Assembly: GCA_050633645.1 (NCBI GenBank)
Contig: JBOEGX010000004.1
Coordinates: forward strand, 282,248-346,247
Reading direction: 5' to 3'
DNA length: 64,000 nucleotides
Source: Alphaproteobacteria bacterium
GTDB lineage: Bacteria; Pseudomonadota; Alphaproteobacteria; Micavibrionales; Micavibrionaceae
Shown one piece after another: positions 58,565 to 64,000 of the stretch. A model generated the notes under the pieces. It saw nothing but the letters and a program-made list of their open reading frames with translations. It was not told where the DNA came from and made no database searches. Each line of letters opens with the position of its first letter. The first letter of the stretch is position 1. Both the position numbers and the translations under genes were made by a program.

Positions 58565-59695
58565 ATGAAAAAACAAATTTACCTTGATTACAACGCAAGC
58601 GCACCCCTGCGCCCCCATGCAAAAGAGGCAATGCTCGGCGTTTTATCGGTTAAAAACGGAGCATTAAACGCGTCATCCGTCCACAGCTTCGGCCGCGAAG
58701 GCCGCAAAATCATCGAGCACGCTCGCGAAAACGTCGCAAAACTCGTAAGTGCCGATACCAACCAAGTCCTCTTCAACAGCAGCGCAACCGAGGGCAACAA
58801 CACGGTTATCCGTCATTTTGCAGAAAACTTTCCCGATGACATCATTTTAATTTCTGCCGCCGAACACCCTTCAATTTTGGAACTGGCGCAAATTTACAAA
58901 AACATTAAAATCATTCCCGTCGATGAAAACGGATTGGTCGAAACCACCACTCTGGAATCCGCACTCAAAGACAACAAAACATCTTTGGTTTCCTGCATTT
59001 GGGTGAACAACGAAACAGGTTCAATACAAAACGTATCGGATTTATGCAAAAAAGCGCATGAAAACGGCGCATTTTTCCACACTGACGCCACACAAGCCGT
59101 CGGCCGCATTACCACAAACACAAAAGAAAACGCCATCGATTTCATGACAATTTCATCCCATAAAATTGGTGGACCACAAGGCGCAGGTGCGCTCATCCTT
59201 GGGCTATGCGGGCCAACGCCAACCCTGCTCCATGGCGGCGGTCAGGAAAAATCCGCCCGCGCAGGCACGGAAAACATCGCCGCCATAGCGGGCTTTGGCG
59301 CGGCGGCAAAAGAGGCGCTTGAACACCTCAATCATTATCAGGCTCTAGGCCAGTGGCGCGACGAATTAGAATGCAAAATCAAAAACATATCTCCCGAAGC
59401 TGTCATCCATTGTGAAAACGCGAACCGCGTGTCCAACACATGCTTTTTCAGCCTCCCCAATGCAAACGCCCAAACCATGCTCATGGCCTTTGACCTCGAA
59501 GGAATAGCCATCAGCAACGGCTCGGCTTGCTCCAGCGGCACAGTCAAGCCAAGCACAACATTAAAAGCCATGGGAACCTCTGAAACAATATCAAATAGCG
59601 CCCTGAGAATCTCTTTAGGATGGGCAAGCGAGAAAAGTGATATTGACGCATTCATAAAAGCATGGGAAAAGATATATATGCGCGTCAAAATATAA
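58565..59695 (+). CDS. Cysteine desulfurase (NifS/IscS-like, class V aminotransferase)
   Basis: PLP-Lys motif SSHKIGGPQG. Catalytic loop GSACSSG. Confidence 0.93.
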   Translation: MKKQIYLDYNASAPLRPHAKEAMLGVLSVKNGALNASSVHSFGREGRKIIEHARENVAKLVSADTNQVLFNSSATEGNNTVIRHFAENFPDDIILISAAEHPSILELAQIYKNIKIIPVDENGLVETTTLESALKDNKTSLVSCIWVNNETGSIQNVSDLCKKAHENGAFFHTDATQAVGRITTNTKENAIDFMTISSHKIGGPQGAGALILGLCGPTPTLLHGGGQEKSARAGTENIAAIAGFGAAAKEALEHLNHYQALGQWRDELECKIKNISPEAVIHCENANRVSNTCFFSLPNANAQTMLMAFDLEGIAISNGSACSSGTVKPSTTLKAMGTSETISNSALRISLGWASEKSDIDAFIKAWEKIYMRVKI

Positions 59696-59717
59696 TTTTT
59701 AAGGACCACAGAAAAAC

Positions 59718-60056
59718 ATGCCCACAATTAACGTGATAAAAAAAGACGGATCAACCAAACAAATCACCGCCGAAAATGGCTGGTCACTCATGGAAGTCTT
59801 GCGCGATGCTGGCTTTGACGCGATTGAAGGCGCATGCGGCGGCTCCATGGCTTGCGCGACATGCCATATGTATATCCACCCTGATTGGACCGATAAAGTC
59901 GAAGCAGAAGATAATTCACAATGCGAGGAAGAAGAAGACATGCTCGATCTTGCCTTTGATATCACCGAATATTCGCGCCTCGGCTGCCAAATCCGTATGA
60001 GCGATACACTCGATGGCATTATCGTCGCCATCCCTGGCGCAAAAACAGATTGGTAA
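59718..60056 (+). CDS. fdx: 2Fe-2S ferredoxin, adrenodoxin type
   Basis: ACGGSMACATCH plus a distal Cys (LGCQI). 112 aa. Confidence 0.92.
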   Translation: MPTINVIKKDGSTKQITAENGWSLMEVLRDAGFDAIEGACGGSMACATCHMYIHPDWTDKVEAEDNSQCEEEEDMLDLAFDITEYSRLGCQIRMSDTLDGIIVAIPGAKTDW

Positions 60057-60068
60057 GGGTCTAAAAAA

Positions 60069-60353
60069 ATGATCCGTCATATCGTATTATTCACCGCAAA
60101 AACTCCCGAAAACTTAGACTCCGTCTATAATGGACTCAAAACTCTTGAAACAATACAAGGAAACTGGGTTTTAACCGTCACAAAAAACGATAAAATCGAC
60201 CAAATTGCCAATGATATAGACGTTGTGGTCTATGGCGAATTCCCGGACCAAAATGCACTAACGGAATATAAATCACACCAAACCTATAATGATGCCATTA
60301 AAATGGTTCGCCCCTTACGCGACAAACGCATAGCCGTTGACATTCCCGCCTGA
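60069..60353 (+). CDS. Dabb (stress-responsive alpha/beta barrel) domain protein
   Basis: MIRHIVLFTAK... ~94 aa; pattern typical of Dabb. Confidence 0.7.
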   Translation: MIRHIVLFTAKTPENLDSVYNGLKTLETIQGNWVLTVTKNDKIDQIANDIDVVVYGEFPDQNALTEYKSHQTYNDAIKMVRPLRDKRIAVDIPA

Positions 60354-60975
60354 TCAGGGAACAATAACCACAGAAATAGAAATACGAACAATCAAAGGTA
60401 GAATATCTTTGTCCTCATCAATACATAATAAGCCACCACCCTATGACCTTTCAAACTTCACCATTTTGGTGGTTGAAGACTCCCCCTATATGCAAGGGCT
60501 TGTCACCTCAATGCTCAAGATTTTCGGCGTTGGAGATATACTAAATTGCAACGATGCCCGAGAAGCCATGGACTTGCTCACCATCACCCAAGCCCGTACA
60601 AAAAGCCGCTATGTCAATAATATCGACATCGTTTTAACAGATTGGCTTATGCCAAATGGCTCTGGCAAAGAACTTCTACAATGGATCAGATATAATGATA
60701 AAGACGCCATCCGCTTCCTCCCCGTGATTGTCGTAAGTGGTTTCACAACTGAAACAGTGACCAACAAAACGCGCGATTTGGGCGCGCATGAAATTCTGGT
60801 AAAGCCCATTTCCGCAAATGGCCTCGCCTCAAGAGTTTGCAACGTCATTAATCGCCCCCGTAAGTTTATCAACGCCCCGGCATATTTCGGCCCTGACCGC
60901 CGCCGCCAACAAATACCTTACGAAGGAAATAACAAACGCATAACCAATCCCACAATCGTGGAGCGTGAGATATGA
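60337..60975 (+). CDS. Single-domain response regulator (CheY-like receiver) with an N-terminal extension
   Basis: ILVVEDS, phospho-acceptor IVLTDWLMP, VIVVSG, ILVKP. There is no ATG in the N-terminal region, so the start is TTG 60337 or TTG 60409 (AAAGG upstream). Confidence 0.85.
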   Translation: MTFPPDQGTITTEIEIRTIKGRISLSSSIHNKPPPYDLSNFTILVVEDSPYMQGLVTSMLKIFGVGDILNCNDAREAMDLLTITQARTKSRYVNNIDIVLTDWLMPNGSGKELLQWIRYNDKDAIRFLPVIVVSGFTTETVTNKTRDLGAHEILVKPISANGLASRVCNVINRPRKFINAPAYFGPDRRRQQIPYEGNNKRITNPTIVEREI

Positions 60976-61484
60976 ACGAAGAAGACGACTACAATGTTGA
61001 AATCATTAAAATCCGTGGCTCGTTAAAAAATAAACTCGGCGCGTTGCGCGTCCCCACAAATGAAGACGGATATCTGGCAGAAGAAAACATAGAAGAAGCG
61101 GATTCCTTAATCAACGAGATGTGCAAAACCTGCCTCGACGATATTGGCCGGAATTTGGATCTCCTCTCTCAAAGCTGGAAAGCAATGCAAGACCTCCCTG
61201 ATGGTGAGGCGCGCTCATCCCGAGCTCAAGAAATTTTCACATATTCCCATGAAATAAAAGACATAGGCTCTCTTTGCGGTTATACCCTCGCCGCCCATTT
61301 CGCGGAATCTTTACGCGATTACATCGCCGAAACCGCACTGAACCTTAAAAATCAACGCATCATCATTCAGGCACACGTGGATGCCATGACCGTCGTTTAT
61401 AAAAATGACCTAAAAGACGATGGCGGCCCCGCCGCAGATGAACTCAAAAAAATGGTCAAAGTCGCTATTAATAAATATCATTAA
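60972..61484 (+). CDS. Hpt-like phosphotransfer protein (tentative)
   Basis: ATGA overlap with the receiver gene. YSHEIKDIGSLCGYTLAAHFAESL resembles the Hpt H-x-x-K-G-x-x-x-x-x-G helix. Confidence 0.45.
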   Translation: MNEEDDYNVEIIKIRGSLKNKLGALRVPTNEDGYLAEENIEEADSLINEMCKTCLDDIGRNLDLLSQSWKAMQDLPDGEARSSRAQEIFTYSHEIKDIGSLCGYTLAAHFAESLRDYIAETALNLKNQRIIIQAHVDAMTVVYKNDLKDDGGPAADELKKMVKVAINKYH

Positions 61485-61547
61485 AAAATATTTGCATCGC
61501 GCACCAATTATATGAATAATATCCTATAAACGCGCTTCCACGCCTAT

Positions 61548-61612
61548 AGTCGTTTGACTTTACTTTGTGACAAGCCGCAAGCAACAACAATCAGAAACAA
61601 ACTGATAAACCG
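61548..61612 (+). repeat. Intergenic element, copy E (left arm + apical hairpin, right arm degenerate)
   Basis: AGTCGTTTGACTTTACTTTGTGACAAGCCGCAAGCAACAACA, then hairpin ATCAG-aaacaaa-CTGAT. The expected right arm is not recognisable. Confidence 0.65.
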
Positions 61613-61727
61613 CATTTTACACCAAAAACGAACTGATAAAAAACCGTATAAAATCAATCACTTAAAAAGCCACCTAAAAGGACACACACAACGAACTGAA
61701 AGATGGAACTGATAAAACGAACTGAAG
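61597..61727 (+). repeat. Cluster of five AACTGA(T/A)A motifs, the last three as 13-nt tandem units
   Basis: AACTGA cores start at 61600, 61631, 61694, 61707 and 61720. 61691-61729 reads ACGAACTGAAAGA|TGGAACTGATAAA|ACGAACTGAAGCC. Confidence 0.6.
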
Positions 61728-61730
61728 CCA

Positions 61731-62522
61731 TTACAATTCAAAAGCCAAACCGTCATAGGCGGGATAAAAGCCAACAGGCAACTCATCGCACAATGTTTTA
61801 TAATCCATCGCCGAAGACAAACAGGTGACATAGACACTCTTCGCGCCAATATAATCATTATACTCGTACAACGCCTTCAAATTCGCATGAACCGCATTGT
61901 CGTCCGCATGGTAGCCCGCGCCATCAACAACCCAAATATCAGAGCCTTTAATAACATCAAGCGCTTTTTGATCAAGAGTCTTCATGTCCACGCTATACGC
62001 CAAAGAACCAAAACGATACCCAACGGACATGCAAGACCCGTGATCCATCTCATAAGGAATAAATTCTATATCTTTAAAGTTTTGAACCCGCCCATATTGC
62101 GCCGCATCAAAGACATGCGCATCCAACATCGGCGGATAATAGCGTTCATTATTCCCGCCCTTAAACAAATAATGAAATTTCAAAAGAATTTCCTCAAGGC
62201 TTTCTTTATGCCCAAAGCAAGGAATAGATTTCCGCTCATTTCTGAAAAACATAGAGCGCAAATCATCAATCCCGTGGCAATGATCACTGTGGTGATGCGT
62301 ATAAAAAACACCATCCAACGCACTAATATCAAACGCATTCATCTGATGACGAAAATCTGCGCCCGTATCAATAATCACCGTGGCATCATCAGACTGCACC
62401 GCCAGACACGCACGATTACGCCTGTTTTTCGGCTCGCTCGGATCACACATCCCCCAGTAATTTCCAACCGAAGGCGTACCCGATGAATTTCCGCATCCTA
62501 AAACTGTGATTTTAAGGCTCAT
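61731..62522 (-). CDS. MBL-fold metallo-hydrolase
   Basis: YTHHHSDHCHGIDDL motif. 4-nt overlap with tatD. Confidence 0.9.
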   Translation of the reverse strand: MSLKITVLGCGNSSGTPSVGNYWGMCDPSEPKNRRNRACLAVQSDDATVIIDTGADFRHQMNAFDISALDGVFYTHHHSDHCHGIDDLRSMFFRNERKSIPCFGHKESLEEILLKFHYLFKGGNNERYYPPMLDAHVFDAAQYGRVQNFKDIEFIPYEMDHGSCMSVGYRFGSLAYSVDMKTLDQKALDVIKGSDIWVVDGAGYHADDNAVHANLKALYEYNDYIGAKSVYVTCLSSAMDYKTLCDELPVGFYPAYDGLAFEL

Positions 62523-63313
62523 ACCAACTTTGCTTTGTTAAACAGCCTGAAAAAATTATCAGATGTTATTTTAGCAAATTCTTGCGGGGTTACACCATAA
62601 AGTTCCGCCAAAAACTCACCCGTCTTGGCAACATAGGCCGGTTCATTGACCTTCCCGCGATAAGGCATCGGCGCAAGGAACGGCGCATCCGTTTCCACCA
62701 AAACACGATTCAAAGGCACAATTTTCGCAGTTTGGCGTAGCTCATCCGCCTTTTTAAACGTCACAATCCCTGAAAAGGAGATATAAAACCCAAGCTCTAA
62801 TGACTTCTCGGCTAAGCTTTGCGCAGAGCTAAAACAATGCATCACGCCGCGCAATTTGCCCTGATGCTCTTCCGACATAATTTTATATGTGTCGTCCTCT
62901 GCATCGCGGGTGTGAACAACCATCGGCAAATCGGTTTCAATACATGCGCGAATATGTTTGCGAAAGGATTCGGCCTGATCCGCGCGCGGTGAATTATCAT
63001 AAAAATAATCCAATCCCGTTTCACCAAGCGCGATAATCTTGTCATGCTTATTAGCAATTTGAACAATTTGATCTTGCGAAAAACCCTTCTCCGCGTCCAA
63101 TCCCGCATCATGCGGATGCGTACCAATCGAACACCAAACATTGTCATTAGAATTGGCGATAGAAAGTAGCTCATCAATTTCCTCCGACATACGGCAACAA
63201 ATCGTAACCATGCCAGAAACGCCGCCCGCCTGCGCCGCCGCGATAATCTCAGACGGAGAACCTTTCTCATCAATACCCTTATGATTTAAATGACAATGGG
63301 AGTCGATCCACAT
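62519..63313 (-). CDS. tatD: TatD-family metal-dependent hydrolase
   Basis: MWIDSHCHL N-terminus. ETDAPFLAP motif. Confidence 0.93.
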   Translation of the reverse strand: MWIDSHCHLNHKGIDEKGSPSEIIAAAQAGGVSGMVTICCRMSEEIDELLSIANSNDNVWCSIGTHPHDAGLDAEKGFSQDQIVQIANKHDKIIALGETGLDYFYDNSPRADQAESFRKHIRACIETDLPMVVHTRDAEDDTYKIMSEEHQGKLRGVMHCFSSAQSLAEKSLELGFYISFSGIVTFKKADELRQTAKIVPLNRVLVETDAPFLAPMPYRGKVNEPAYVAKTGEFLAELYGVTPQEFAKITSDNFFRLFNKAKLV

Positions 63314-63316
63314 AAC

Positions 63317-64000
63317 CTACGCCGCCTCTTCTTCTACAATACGCGGGAACACACCTTCGGGCTTCTCAATCCCGACAGCAAATTTCAAGGCATGATCGGC
63401 CGATATATGCGCAAAATCGCGCTCATCTTCAGATATCTTAAGCTGATCAAGGATTTTCGGCGCGGATGTAGGAACGACGGGCTGAACGATTATGCCCAAA
63501 CAACGAATAACCTCCGCCAACACATAAAGAACAGTTTCCATACGACCTGTATCGGTTTTCTTCAGTGCCCACGGCGCTTGCACATCAATATAGGCATCGC
63601 ATGCACCAACCACACTCCAGATATGCTCTAATCCACGATGGATTTTAAATGCATCAAACGCCCCGCGTACAGGCTCTATCATGTGATACGCCTTGTGAAG
63701 AAGCTCCTCGTCTTCCTCGGTAAAGGCTTGAGGCGCAGGAATTTTCGCATCGCAATTTTTATAAATCATCGACAAGGTGCGCTGCGCCAAATTGCCAAGG
63801 CCATTCGCCAAATCTGCATTAATGCGCGAAATCGCCTGTTCATGAGAAAAATTACCATCCTGCCCATGCGACACTTCACGCATCAGGAAATAGCGGATCT
63901 GATCAAGTCCATACGTCGCCACCAAATCATCGGGTGATAAAACATTCCCGACAGATTTCGACATTTTCGCTCCACCAACATTAATAAACCCATGCGCGAA
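63317..64000 (-). CDS. metG: Methionine--tRNA ligase, C-terminal part (ORF continues past the right edge)
   Basis: The frame stays open upstream of the track Met: ...FAHGFINVGGAKMSKSVGN (KMSKS motif). Anticodon-binding helical domain follows. Confidence 0.95.
   Translation of the reverse strand, partial: FAHGFINVGGAKMSKSVGNVLSPDDLVATYGLDQIRYFLMREVSHGQDGNFSHEQAISRINADLANGLGNLAQRTLSMIYKNCDAKIPAPQAFTEEDEELLHKAYHMIEPVRGAFDAFKIHRGLEHIWSVVGACDAYIDVQAPWALKKTDTGRMETVLYVLAEVIRCLGIIVQPVVPTSAPKILDQLKISEDERDFAHISADHALKFAVGIEKPEGVFPRIVEEEAA

Noticed and set aside
58394-58618. 75-codon N-terminal extension of the alpha/beta hydrolase ORF (similarly 33715..33873 for the AMIN lipoprotein and 17224..17280 for the LpoA-like gene)
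   Set aside because: The extensions overlap neighbouring genes or repeats and have Cys/hydrophobic junk composition. The internal starts have SD sequences and begin recognisable N-termini (lipoboxes or conserved starts).
61597-61727. Possible CRISPR array
   Set aside because: The repeat units are only ~10-13 nt, irregularly spaced (31, 63, 13, 13 nt) and without spacers of uniform length. No cas genes are in the window.
1-64000. Search for rRNA, tRNA, IS elements, integrases, prophage or plasmid genes, toxin-antitoxin pairs and restriction-modification genes
   Set aside because: None recognised in any frame. The gene content is core-chromosomal, and the only mobile-looking features are the non-coding repeats reported above.

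Overview
This is a chromosomal, largely housekeeping segment. Gene content and order look alphaproteobacterial: hisZ-purA, glmM, ftsH-tilS, pal-cpoB, a BON/yraN/rsmI cluster divergent from an LpoA-like lipoprotein, ahpC-ahpD divergent from oxyR, trhO, an ECF sigma module, a wecA-like gene, mnmC split in two, dcp, fcl, tsaC, anmK divergent from tyrS, an ABC-2 exporter, a giant AsmA/YhdP-like protein, bcp, nifS-like plus fdx, receiver plus Hpt-like, and MBL/tatD/metG. I can support about 70 CDS (two run off the window edges) and a few intrinsic terminators. I saw no rRNA, tRNA, CRISPR array, transposase, integrase or recognisable defence gene. About a dozen ORFs belong to no family I recognise; they are mostly acidic and sit singly among core genes. 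The most unusual signal is non-coding: a family of ~100-nt intergenic elements with 4 full copies, 1 truncated copy, 2 solo arms and 1 architectural variant. They fold into a multi-tier hairpin whose stems differ between copies by compensatory changes, while the internal-loop sequences are conserved. All copies are in the same orientation on the + strand. Other points worth a second look: (1) mnmC fission with an opposite-strand ORF inserted at the domain boundary; (2) a DUF2946-like CxxC protein paired with a His/Met-rich outer-membrane barrel; (3) an EF-hand/ECF sigma/anti-sigma/Spy-like operon; (4) a CheD homologue lacking the catalytic Cys and His; (5) a kinase-fold protein with a degenerate catalytic loop. 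All start-codon, hairpin and repeat coordinates were derived by hand from the printed sequence and should be re-verified computationally.
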